Assembly: GCA_964016885.1 (NCBI GenBank)
Contig: OZ024747.1
Span: forward strand, 60,202,001 to 60,266,000
Direction: 5' to 3'
DNA length: 64,000 nucleotides
Source of the DNA: Eledone cirrhosa
Lineage: Eukaryota
The notes under the pieces are model-generated. The model was not told the DNA's origin and made no database searches. It saw only the letters and a list, made by a program, of their open reading frames with translations. The position numbers and the translations under genes were made by a program. Of this stretch, positions 13,128-24,853 are shown one piece after another. Every line of letters starts with the position of its first letter. Positions within the stretch are counted from its first letter, which is position 1.

Positions 13128-13439
13128 TGGCACTCCGTTGCTTATGACAATGAGTGTTCCAATTGATACGATCAATGGAACATGAAATTAACATGCAAGT
13201 GACTGAGCATTCCCCAAACACACATACCCATAATGTAGTACTCAGGGAGATTCAGCATGACACAAAATGTGACAAAGCTGTCCCTTTGAATTTCAGGTAC
13301 AACTCATTTTTGCCAACTAAATTGACTGGAGCAATGTTAAATAAAGTGTCTTGCTCAAGGACACAATGCACTCTTAGGAATCGAACTCATGAGTTTATGA
13401 TTGAGCTGAATATTCTAACCACAAAGCCATGCACCCTCA
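13128..13439 (-). mobile_element. tRNA-derived CORE-like SINE, family B
   Basis: Minus strand: A-box TGGCTTTGTGG, B-box GAGTTCGATTCC, CORE-like TGTGTCCTTGAGCAAGACACTTTATT. Confidence 0.75.
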
Positions 13440-14717
13440 CACACAAGAAATAGTACCCAAATAACCATATCTCCATTAGATCACACATCCTATCATTTAA
13501 GACCTTGTGAAACTAAATCTTTACCCACAGTCATTTATTTCAAATATATCAATTGCATGACTTTGGTTTTTCTGGTAATTTTCTATTTTACACTTCATCC
13601 AACAATGGAGCTCTTATGTGATTTCTCACCCGACTAGAAATAGTAACCAAATCTCCCATCAAATCATATACCCAACCTTCCTCAATAAGGAAGGACACCT
13701 CTGGTAATGTAGTGCTATATATATATATTAGCGTGGAAAAAGATGGGATGGTCATGGCTAGAATATCTTTGATCATAGATATGTTCAATCAGTGATGAAC
13801 TCAGCCTAAACAACAATAATATATTGATGTTTTTATAAGGAACAAGACCATTTGTCTGTTCTGAAATATTACTTTCAAAGAAGCAGGCTTGTAGGTAAGG
13901 ATCTCTGTGGAAAACAAACTGTTACCCATGCATGCAATTCTCCCACTTTACAGGCCACTACTGTTGGCCAAGGGAAAGGCAAAAACTGATACATGTAAAC
14001 TAAGAATGCAAGTGTCCAAAAGAAATCCCATAAAGAAGGCCTTTCAGAAAGGAATGCAGAGTTGGGGTCACTTGCGTTTCAATGGAGCACTTTTAGATTT
14101 ATGATGATATAGTTATTCCAAAACTCTGCCTTAGAATTATTGTTAATTTAAGAAGTACTCTGTAGGTTTTACTGCCCCTCCCATCCGTGTACCAAAACCT
14201 GGCAACAAGTCTGCCAGAAAACATCACATCCAACTGTTGTTAATTTAGTTATCAACTAGGAAAGGATGAAAGCCAAAAATGACCTTAGCAGGATTAGAAC
14301 TCAGAGCACAGAGAGCCATAACTATTGGCAAATGGCGTTCACTTTATTTCCTTGTGTCAAAGACACTCTGATGTTGCTAAGATTTGAAAATAAAAATAAA
14401 GAGGCCTAAATCTAATTTAATTTTCAGTCTCCAAATATATTTTGAGGGGGTAAAAAACAGCATCCTCCTTGCTATGAAATAAGGTAATTCAACATTCAAA
14501 TAAATCTTCATTTTGCTGCTTATTTGGTCTTAACATTCTATAATGATTTTTGAGAAAATATCTAAAAAAAGCTTTGTTAATTTAAATATTTATAGTATCT
14601 TTACTAGTGGACAGATTGTTGTGAAAATTTGCAATATCAAAATAAAGACATTACTATCAATGTGATGCAATCATAGAGCTATTCTATACATTTTAAAATC
14701 CCTTGCTAATGTGGTTT

Positions 14718-15016
14718 CACGTGGTACAGGATAGTAAGATGTAATATATATATGAACAATAAATTTTAAATACATCTTCTGTTGGTACTAGAAACATGTG
14801 GTACAAGATGTTAAGAGTTAATATATATGAACAATAAATTTTAAATACATCTTCTGTTGGTACTAGAAACATGTGGTACAAGATGTTAAGAGTTAATATA
14901 TATGAACAATAAATTTCAAATACACCTGTCTGTACTAGAACCATATACTACAGGATGTTAAGAGTTAATATATGAACAATAAATTTGAAATACATCTTCT
15001 GGTTTATACTAGAACC
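14718..15016. repeat. 75-bp tandem repeat, about 4 copies
   Basis: CATGTGGTACAAGATGTTAAGAG recurs at 14795 and 14870, with diverged flanking copies. Confidence 0.85.
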
Positions 15017-15713
15017 ATCTATATAACAGAGCTGTAGTTACTAGAGTTGTAGTTACTACACTGTCTATTTACAAATTAATATAAGCCAAAACAGCTAAAA
15101 TAACCTAAAACCTGAGATTATCAATCTAGAAAATGGATTTTTCTGACCAGGAGTTGCCTCTTCTCTAAGATATATATTATAGACTGGAAAAGATAAATTC
15201 GAGATGTTAAAAGTTTAAAGTTACACTGATACTGTTATAGTTGAAGCAGAGATTGATATCTAAATTACCAAATATTTCTTCTGTATCAAGCAAAAATAGT
15301 TGTAAATTTCTATAATTTGGGTTACCAGCTATCAGTTTCTGCTGTCCAAACAATAAGAGCTTTCTTTCATTGTTGGCAAGATAGCTTAATGGTTTTCTTT
15401 GAGAAGATATACATTACATAGCAGGAATCAATGCAAATGAAGAATACATGCAAAGTAATTCCAAATGTCATACAGATCATCAATTGTTTGTGGAACAGGG
15501 CACATGCACCTTTACTACTTGAAATGCAAGAAGGCTTTTCAATCAAAACTGCATTATCCTGCCTTCTTCCAATAACATTACAGCAAGTGATCTTCACCCA
15601 AATCAGGCATCTATCTATATTTAGTCATTTGTTAGTGAATACAATATTACCCAATCCTTCCTCCCCAACATTTGTTGAATTCTTACTTATCCTGCAAATG
15701 GAGACGTTTGTCT

Positions 15714-15754
<41 letters not shown>

Positions 15755-15925
15755 GTGTGTGTTGGTGCTTGCGTGTGTGTGTGTATATATATATATCACA
15801 TACATATTGTTCATATCTATTACTTCTTAACATCTTCTTCCACATGAAACCACATTAGCAAGGAATTTTAAAATGTACTAAATAGCACTATGATTGCACC
15901 ACATACATACATAAGTATATATATA

Positions 15926-16263
15926 GAGGCACATGGCTTAGTGGTTAGAGCATTGGCCTTGCAATCGAAAGGTTGTGAGTTCAATTCTCAGACCGGGTGG
16001 TGTCTTGTTTCCTTGTGCAAGGCACTTTATTTCACATTGCTCCAGTTTACTCAGCTGTAGAAATGAGATGGGACCCCAGTCCCTATCATTCCACTGCAAA
16101 GTGGTCGTGGAGGTGCCACGGCAAAAAAGCACCCAGCACTCACTGTAAATGAGGTTGGTGTTAGGAAGGGCATCCAGCTGTAGAAATCAAGCCAGAATCA
16201 GTTCCCGTCCCACCCTTGCAAGCAAGGAAAAAGCGGACGTAAAATGATGATGATGATGATGAT
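15926..16263 (+). mobile_element. tRNA/CORE SINE with an RTE-derived 3' tail
   Basis: A-box TGGCTTAGTGG, B-box GAGTTCAATTC, CORE-like segment, then ~100 bp matching the RTE 3' UTR and GGACGTAAAA(TGA)n. Confidence 0.85.
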
Positions 16264-16426
16264 ATGTATGTGATGCAATCATAGTGCTATTTAATTCATT
16301 TGGAAGATAGATGTTAAACGATGATGATGATGACATACATATATATATATCATTATCATTTTCGTTTAACATCTATCTTCTACGCTAGCATGGTATATAT
16401 ATATATATTTATATATATATATACAT

Positions 16427-16981
<555 letters not shown>

Positions 16982-17008
16982 GTATGTATATACACATACA
17001 TATATATA

Positions 17009-17618
17009 TGGTGGCTGCCAACTCGTTTTCGAGTACGACCACTACTTTATATTCATGTAGGAGAACCCCTACCGATGCGCTAAACGAGCGTGACTTTTTA
17101 GTCCAGCCAGCGACTTGAAAACTCTGGTACAAACACTACACTTGTGACAATTATTGACACATAGTGCTGGGCCGATGGTACCATGTAACGACAAGTGCAG
17201 AGAAATCTCCAGATATAAAGCAATGCCTGTGACGTGAAGCTTTTATAGTGAGCAAAGGCACTGCACAAAGCCAGTCCCACTCTCTTAACCAAGATGATAT
17301 TTACCAAAAAGAAGAACAAGTCAACATCATTGGATACCATCAGGGTTGCAGGTGTTATATCAGAGTTTTCTTTCTCCTAGAATTCTGCCTTGACAAAGGC
17401 TAAGGGGTCATCTCTCCCGGTGATTTTGGATGGCCATTGACTCTTAAGAGCTCCTTTGCCCTTTGACAGGTTTTGTTTTTAGTCCTGCAGGATGTCCAAA
17501 GTCACCCTCCTCACCAAGAAACCTTGGCGGGGTTGCCAGTTTAGTCGCCAACGACCCGACCATGGGACAGGTTGTACTGGGATACATGTTACCAGTAGCA
17601 CCAACTGGTGACCTGACC
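17009..17618 (-). mobile_element. ~610-bp non-autonomous RTE (BovB-like) element: 5' UTR joined to 3' end
   Basis: Bounded by (TA)n on both sides; GC-richer structured 5' end; C-terminal C2H2 remnant; no RT. Confidence 0.7.
17536..17618 (-). ncRNA. Candidate HDV-like self-cleaving ribozyme
   Basis: Starts at the element's first G: P1 GGTCA-GG/CC(A)TGGTC, P2 CCAGT/ACTGG, CC in L3 with GG after P1, P4 (G)TCG-TTGG-CGA, J4/2 CTAA; P3/L3 shorter than canonical. Confidence 0.45.
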
Positions 17619-17949
17619 ATATATATATATATATACACACACACACATCATCATCATCATCATCATCACCGTTTTACGTCCGTTCTTCCACGCTAGCATG
17701 GGTTAGACGGGTTGTCCTGTTGTGGGCAGTGTCTGGTCGGCTGACCATGCCTTGCTCATACAGGAACTGATCTGGCTTGATTTCTACAGCTGGATGCCCT
17801 TCCTAACACCAACCTCATTTACAGTGAGTGCTGGGTGCTTTTTCGTGGCGCCTACACGTCCACTTTACAGTGTGGGCTGGGTGCTTTTTTGCCGTGGCAC
17901 CTCCACGACCACCTTGCGGGGGGGGGGGGGGGCATATTGTTTATATGCT

Positions 17950-20900
17950 TCAGCATGTACCCATGGGAGGTCGGGTACCCTGTATTACTGCGTGACGCCA
18001 GAAGTCACGGTCGTGTGTCATTGACTTTGAGAGGTGTAGTTGGGTAAGGTCGGCTTTTATCACCTCATCCCAAGTCATCTTGGGTCTCCCCACTCCGCGG
18101 TTTCCATCAACTTCTAGTGCTCTGCACCTTTTTATGCAGCTGTCATCCTTCATACGCATCACATGTCCATACCAGCGTAACCGCCTCTCCTGCACGCAGC
18201 ATTTGATTCCTCTTATGCTCAGTCTCTCTCTCAATTCATTTATGCTTTGTCGTTCACGTATATTACTGTTACACATCCATCGGAGCATGCAGGCTTCGTT
18301 TCTCTCTAATCTACGTAAGTCTTCCACCTTCAGCGCCCAGGTCTCACTACCATGCAACATCGCTGTTCGGATACACGCATCATACAGTCTGCCTTTCATT
18401 CTGAGGGAGAAGCCTTTTGCAGCTAGCAGTGGTAGTAGTTCCCTAAACTTCTTCCATCCCGTTCTTACCCTAGTTATTGTACTTTCTGAGCACCCACCTC
18501 CGTTGCTAATTCGGTCACCTAGGTAGCAGAAGCTGTCTACTGTTTCTACAGGGCCCTCCCAGAGATTGGTGGTACTTGTTTCCTGTGGCTGTTTGCTTGC
18601 TGTTTCAGCACAGCTGCTGCATGTGAATCCTACATTCTTAATTAAGCTTCCTGAGATCCCGCTACATCTCTTGTGTACCCATTGTTTGCATTTGGGGCAA
18701 AGAATGGAGTTCCTACCTACACCTTTCCTACATACTGAGCAAGGCCATTTCCCTGAGGGGATCTGGGTTCTGTTTTCTCGTCTACTTATAAGGACCTTAG
18801 TCTTTGTCATGTTGACTTTGAGGCCCTTTCTCTCTAGTCCCTGCTTCCAGGTTTGGAATTTATTCTCTAGTTCTACCATAGATTCAGCTATGAGTGCGAG
18901 GTCATCAGCATACAGGAGTTCCCATGGGCATCCGGTCTTAAACTCCTCCGTTATTGCCTGCAGGACTATGATGAACAGGAGAGGGCTAAGAACAGAGCCC
19001 TGGTGGACCCCAACCTGTACGCTAAATTCCTCGCTATACTCATTGCCAATCCTAACTTTGCTGACTGCTCCCCTATACATGGCTTGTACCGCTTTCACAA
19101 GCCATTCATCTACTCCTAGTTTTCTAAGAGCCCACCAGATTACTGCACGTGGAACTCTGTCAAAGGCTTTCTCAAGGTCGACAAATGCCAAGTAGAGTGG
19201 CTTACTTTTAGCTAGGTACTTTTCCTGTAATTGCCTCACAAGGAAGAGCGCATCAGTGGTGCCTTTCCCTGGAACAAACCCAAATTGCATCTCGTCTATA
19301 TTCACCCGGTCCCTAATCAGCTGTGCTATAACTCTTTCTGTTACTTTCATGACCTGGTCCATCAACTTTATACCTCTATAGTTTCCTCTATCTAGTGCAT
19401 CGCCTTTACCTTTGTAGCAGTTGACAATGATGCTACTGCACCAATCTTTTGGTATGGCCCCCTCTAGTATTACCTGGTTAACGATACGTGTGGTTATAGT
19501 GTGACCTACAGACCCAGATGCCTTCAGCATCTCGGCAGCTATACCCGATGGACCGGTTGCCTTCCCTATCTTCATATCTCTGATTGCCTTACTTACTACG
19601 CTGCCGCTGACTTGTACTGCTGGTCCCTCTATAGGGTCTACGTGGGGTAGGGTCTCTTCTTCCCATGCATTCTCCTCATTTAGTAATCTATCATAATGAC
19701 TCTTCCATGCATCTTTCTTCTCAGCACTTGTGAGGGCAAGCTCACCTTTATCATTCCGGATACACTTCTCTCCAATGACATCACAACTATCTCTGACACA
19801 CTGCCTCGCAATCTTGAATACCTCCTGTTTCTGGTCCTCACGTTGTAAAACATGCTTGAATTTTCTATCCTCTGCTTCCCTCCTAGCTAAGTATACTTGT
19901 CGCCTAGCTTCCCTCTTGGTCTCTATGTAATGTACCCTGCTCCCCCCGTTCTTCCATTCTTTCCATGCCTGTCTCTTGGCCTTGACTGCTTCATCTACCT
20001 TATTGTTCCACCACCAAGTCACTCTCCTCCTGCTTGAGGTCTTACTCCAGCCACAAACCTCATCCGTCGCCTCTAGTAAGTTATTTTTTAGGAACTCCCA
20101 GTTCTCTTCTACGTTAAATGTCTCTATCTGTTCTTCTTTACTGTCGTAGGCGTTGAGTAAAATATCTTTAAATCTGTTACTGGTTGAGGGGACTTTCAGC
20201 TTCCAGATCTTTCTTCTCCAGGTTGGCCTCTGTTTCAGGGCTCGTCTAGTTCTGACCGTGAGGTCGCTGACAACTAAGCTATGTTGGGATGTACATTCCT
20301 CACTAGGGAAGGCTTTTGTGTTTACGACCGTCCATCTGTCACGTCCTCTGATGAGGATAAAATCTAACTGACTAGAGTGCTCCCCTGATCTATAGGTGAT
20401 CAGGTGGTTGTCGGGTTTTTTAAAGTTTGTGTTACATATCGACATGTCATTGGCGTCGCAGAATTCTAGAAGTCTGAATCCTTCCTCATTCCTTGTGCCA
20501 ACTCCATGGCCTCCATGTACTCTATTGAAGCCGTCGCAGTGTTTACCTACGTGTCCGTTAAAATCTCCTGCAATGATTAGGAAGTCCTTGTCGTCTGTTA
20601 GAGCAGTAGTGTGTATTAGGGACTCGTAAAACCTATCCTTAAGTTCGTCTGGCAGCCCCGATTGGGGTGCGTAAGCTGATATTATTGTGGTAATTGTCTT
20701 ATTCAGGACTAGTCTGAGTTTAATGATTCTTGCATTTACCCTGTACACTGAGATTACTTTATCTACCCACTTGTCAGCTAATAGTATACCTACACCACCC
20801 ATCCCATCGTCATTTCCCACCCAGAAAAATTTGTAGCACTGGCTTTTTCCTACAAGGACTCTAGCAGACCCTCCTCTCCATCTAGTCTCTTGCACACAGC

Positions 20901-21069
20901 ATACATCAACTTCCTTTCGCTCTAGCATTTCTACGATTTCTCCTGCTCTTCCTTTCATTGAGCCTACATTGATGGTACCAACTCGGAGTTTTGGGCATTT
21001 GTCGACACTCGTAGGGGAGGGTCTCTGGGTTGGCGCTTCACGTGGGTGCTTGGTAGCTCGCAGATTCAT
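17950..21069 (-). CDS. RTE polyprotein: APE endonuclease + reverse transcriptase with internal PHD finger (1039 aa)
   Basis: APE motifs TINV, VQET, SAYAP, GDFNGH, LDFIL, SQH; RT motifs GPSGI, YRGIKL, QFGF, DLEKAFD, QGSVLSP, YADD, FCYLG; RTE C-terminus RLRWYGHVMR..GRPK.TW; in-frame TGA two codons upstream of the ATG. Confidence 0.97.
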   Translation of the reverse strand: MNLRATKHPREAPTQRPSPTSVDKCPKLRVGTINVGSMKGRAGEIVEMLERKEVDVCCVQETRWRGGSARVLVGKSQCYKFFWVGNDDGMGGVGILLADKWVDKVISVYRVNARIIKLRLVLNKTITTIISAYAPQSGLPDELKDRFYESLIHTTALTDDKDFLIIAGDFNGHVGKHCDGFNRVHGGHGVGTRNEEGFRLLEFCDANDMSICNTNFKKPDNHLITYRSGEHSSQLDFILIRGRDRWTVVNTKAFPSEECTSQHSLVVSDLTVRTRRALKQRPTWRRKIWKLKVPSTSNRFKDILLNAYDSKEEQIETFNVEENWEFLKNNLLEATDEVCGWSKTSSRRRVTWWWNNKVDEAVKAKRQAWKEWKNGGSRVHYIETKREARRQVYLARREAEDRKFKHVLQREDQKQEVFKIARQCVRDSCDVIGEKCIRNDKGELALTSAEKKDAWKSHYDRLLNEENAWEEETLPHVDPIEGPAVQVSGSVVSKAIRDMKIGKATGPSGIAAEMLKASGSVGHTITTRIVNQVILEGAIPKDWCSSIIVNCYKGKGDALDRGNYRGIKLMDQVMKVTERVIAQLIRDRVNIDEMQFGFVPGKGTTDALFLVRQLQEKYLAKSKPLYLAFVDLEKAFDRVPRAVIWWALRKLGVDEWLVKAVQAMYRGAVSKVRIGNEYSEEFSVQVGVHQGSVLSPLLFIIVLQAITEEFKTGCPWELLYADDLALIAESMVELENKFQTWKQGLERKGLKVNMTKTKVLISRRENRTQIPSGKWPCSVCRKGVGRNSILCPKCKQWVHKRCSGISGSLIKNVGFTCSSCAETASKQPQETSTTNLWEGPVETVDSFCYLGDRISNGGGCSESTITRVRTGWKKFRELLPLLAAKGFSLRMKGRLYDACIRTAMLHGSETWALKVEDLRRLERNEACMLRWMCNSNIRERQSINELRERLSIRGIKCCVQERRLRWYGHVMRMKDDSCIKRCRALEVDGNRGVGRPKMTWDEVIKADLTQLHLSKSMTHDRDFWRHAVIQGTRPPMGTC

Positions 21070-21300
21070 ATTTCATCTATTGATTCAGAGTTGCTCGTGT
21101 ATTCCCAGCTCATCCATCCCTAACGGTGGGAAAATTGAGGGCTAGAAGGACAGTGGTGGTGGGGTAATGGCAGGGTGTGTTGGGATGCGCCAGAGGAGGA
21201 GAGAGTTAGTTAGGCAGGTAGTAGCAGCAGCAGCAGTGGAAATGGCATGCTAGGTTTGATTGGTCGAATAGACTATGGTGGTGTGTGGGGGTGGGGGGAG

Positions 21301-23820
21301 GGAAATTGTGAGGTAGGAACTGAGGGTCGCATGGTAAATATCCAAGTTAATACTACATCAGTAAAATTAACAATAATAACGTCATGAAAAAAGCTACTAA
21401 GAGAAACCCTCGAAAATTTATCGCTAATACAGCAGGGAAAATTTATTGTGAGGTAGGAACTGAGGGTCGCATGGTAAATATCCAAGTTAATACTACATCA
21501 GTAAAATTAACAATAATAACGTCATGAAAAAAGCTACTAAGAGAAACCCTCGAAAATTTATCGCTAATACAGCAGGGAAAATTTATTGTGAGGTAGGAAC
21601 TGAGGGTCGCATGGTAAATATCCAAGTTAATACTACATCAGTAAAATTAACAATAATAACGTCATGAAAAAAGCTACTAAGAGAAACCCTCGAAAATTTA
21701 TCGCTAATACAGCAGGGAAAATTTATTGTGAGGTAGGAACTGAGGGTCGCATGGTAAATATCCAAGTTAATACTACATCAGTAAAATTAACAATAATAAC
21801 GTCATGAAAAAAGCTACTAAGAGAAACCCTCGAAAATTTATCGCTAATACAGCAGGGAAAATTTATTGTGAGGTAGGAACTGAGGGTCGCATGGTAAATA
21901 TCCAAGTTAATACTACATCAGTAAAATTAACAATAATAACGTCATGAAAAAAGCTACTAAGAGAAACCCTCGAAAATTTATCGCTAATACAGCAGGGAAA
22001 ATTTATTGTGAGGTAGGAACTGAGGGTCGCATGGTAAATATCCAAGTTAATACTACATCAGTAAAATTAACAATAATAACGTCATGAAAAAAGCTACTAA
22101 GAGAAACCCTCGAAAATTTATCGCTAATACAGCAGGGAAAATTTATTGTGAGGTAGGAACTGAGGGTCGCATGGTAAATATCCAAGTTAATACTACATCA
22201 GTAAAATTAACAATAATAACGTCATGAAAAAAGCTACTAAGAGAAACCCTCGAAAATTTATCGCTAATACAGCAGGGAAAATTTATTGTGAGGTAGGAAC
22301 TGAGGGTCGCATGGTAAATATCCAAGTTAATACTACATCAGTAAAATTAACAATAATAACGTCATGAAAAAAGCTACTAAGAGAAACCCTCGAAAATTTA
22401 TCGCTAATACAGCAGGGAAAATTTATTGTGAGGTAGGAACTGAGGGTCGCATGGTAAATATCCAAGTTAATACTACATCAGTAAAATTAACAATAATAAC
22501 GTCATGAAAAAAGCTACTAAGAGAAACCCTCGAAAATTTATCGCTAATACAGCAGGGAAAATTTATTGTGAGGTAGGAACTGAGGGTCGCATGGTAAATA
22601 TCCAAGTTAATACTACATCAGTAAAATTAACAATAATAACGTCATGAAAAAAGCTACTAAGAGAAACCCTCGAAAATTTATCGCTAATACAGCAGGGAAA
22701 ATTTATTGTGAGGTAGGAACTGAGGGTCGCATGGTAAATATCCAAGTTAATACTACATCAGTAAAATTAACAATAATAACGTCATGAAAAAAGCTACTAA
22801 GAGAAACCCTCGAAAATTTATCGCTAATACAGCAGGGAAAATTTATTGTGAGGTAGGAACTGAGGGTCGCATGGTAAATATCCAAGTTAATACTACATCA
22901 GTAAAATTAACAATAATAACGTCATGAAAAAAGCTACTAAGAGAAACCCTCGAAAATTTATCGCTAATACAGCAGGGAAAATTTATTGTGAGGTAGGAAC
23001 TGAGGGTCGCATGGTAAATATCCAAGTTAATACTACATCAGTAAAATTAACAATAATAACGTCATGAAAAAAGCTACTAAGAGAAACCCTCGAAAATTTA
23101 TCGCTAATACAGCAGGGAAAATTTATTGTGAGGTAGGAACTGAGGGTCGCATGGTAAATATCCAAGTTAATACTACATCAGTAAAATTAACAATAATAAC
23201 GTCATGAAAAAAGCTACTAAGAGAAACCCTCGAAAATTTATCGCTAATACAGCAGGGAAAATTTATTGTGAGGTAGGAACTGAGGGTCGCATGGTAAATA
23301 TCCAAGTTAATACTACATCAGTAAAATTAACAATAATAACGTCATGAAAAAAGCTACTAAGAGAAACCCTCGAAAATTTATCGCTAATACAGCAGGGAAA
23401 ATTTATTGTGAGGTAGGAACTGAGGGTCGCATGGTAAATATCCAAGTTAATACTACATCAGTAAAATTAACAATAATAACGTCATGAAAAAAGCTACTAA
23501 GAGAAACCCTCGAAAATTTATCGCTAATACAGCAGGGAAAATTTATTGTGAGGTAGGAACTGAGGGTCGCATGGTAAATATCCAAGTTAATACTACATCA
23601 GTAAAATTAACAATAATAACGTCATGAAAAAAGCTACTAAGAGAAACCCTCGAAAATTTATCGCTAATACAGCAGGGAAAATTTATTGTGAGGTAGGAAC
23701 TGAGGGTCGCATGGTAAATATCCAAGTTAATACTACATCAGTAAAATTAACAATAATAACGTCATGAAAAAAGCTACTAAGAGAAACCCTCGAAAATTTA
23801 TCGCTAATACAGCAGGGAAA
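21301..23820. repeat. 18 identical 140-bp tandem monomers (putative LINE 5' UTR/promoter array)
   Basis: TTGTGAGGTAGGAACTGAGGGTCGC recurs every 140 bp, from the unit at 21301 to the unit at 23681; no substitutions seen. Confidence 0.97.
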
Positions 23821-24819
23821 ATTTAACGCTAATACAGCAGGGAACATCATAATATTAACGACATGAAAAAGCTACTAAGAGAAACCCTCGAAAATTTATC
23901 GCTAATACAGCAGGGAAAATTTAACGCTAATACAGCAGGGAACATCATAATATTAACGACAATATGTAGGCTAAAATACCTTCGTAGATTAGGTGGATGG
24001 CTGGCTGGGAAAATTTGAATCAGCTCAGTGGTACATTTTAGCAGAGAAGAATGGCAAAGTGTCTTATCTCTTCAATATTTTCAGATTGAATGAATTAGGT
24101 TAAAGACAGGGTAGTAAGCCTTAAAGAAGTGCATAGAGGGGGGGGGGGGGGTAGGAACTGAGGGTCGCATGGTAAATAACTGAGAGAGATACAATAGGAT
24201 TAGAATACCGCATGGTAAATATCCAAGTTAATAAGTTAATACTACATCAGTAAAATTAACAATAATAACGTCATGAAAAAAGCTACTAAGAGAAACCCTC
24301 GAAAATTTATCGCTAATACAGCAGGGAAAATTTAACGCTAATACAGCAGGGAACATCATAATATTAACGACATGAAAAAGCTACTAAGAGAAACCCTCGA
24401 AAATTTATCGCTAATACAGCAGGGAAAATTTAACGCTAATACAGCAGGGAACATCATAATATTAACGACAATATGTAGGCTAAAATACCTTCGTAGATTA
24501 GGTGGATGGCTGGCTGGGAAAATTTGAATCAGCTCAGTGGTACATTTTAGCAGAGAAGAATGGCAAAGTGTCTTATCTCTTCAATATTTTCAGATTGAAT
24601 GAATTAGGTTAAAGACAGGGTAGTAAGCCTTAAAGAAGTGCATAGAGGGGGGGGGGGTAGGAACTGAGGGTCGCATGGTAAATAACTGAGAGAGATACAA
24701 TAGGATTAGAATACCGCATGGTAAATATCCAAGTTAATAAGTTAATACTACATCAGTAAAATTAACAATAATAACGTCATGAAAAAAGCTACTAAGAGAA
24801 ACCCTCGAAAATTTATCGC

Positions 24820-24820
<1 letters not shown>
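23821..24820. repeat. Two ~507-bp units containing the 140-bp monomer sequence
   Basis: 23821-24329 is repeated from 24330 and differs in poly-G length; the second unit is cut off at (TA)n. Confidence 0.92.

Positions 24821-24853
<33 letters not shown>

Larger units (their letters stand above)
17646..24820 (-). mobile_element. Intact young RTE-clade LINE (~7.2 kb) with a monomer-built 5' region
   Basis: (TGA)n tail, ~280-bp 3' UTR, uninterrupted ORF, tandem-repeat leader; (AT)n(AC)5-6 on both flanks resembles a TSD. Confidence 0.85.

Noticed and set aside
21301-21440. HDV-like ribozyme within the 140-bp monomer
   Set aside because: A 7-bp P1-like helix exists, but P1.1, P4 and J4/2 elements were not found in the right order
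21301-23820. CRISPR-like array or repeated 60-aa peptide genes next to an RT
   Set aside because: Units are wholly identical with no variable spacers and there are no cas genes; the 60-aa ORFs start at a non-ATG codon and simply follow from the repeat period
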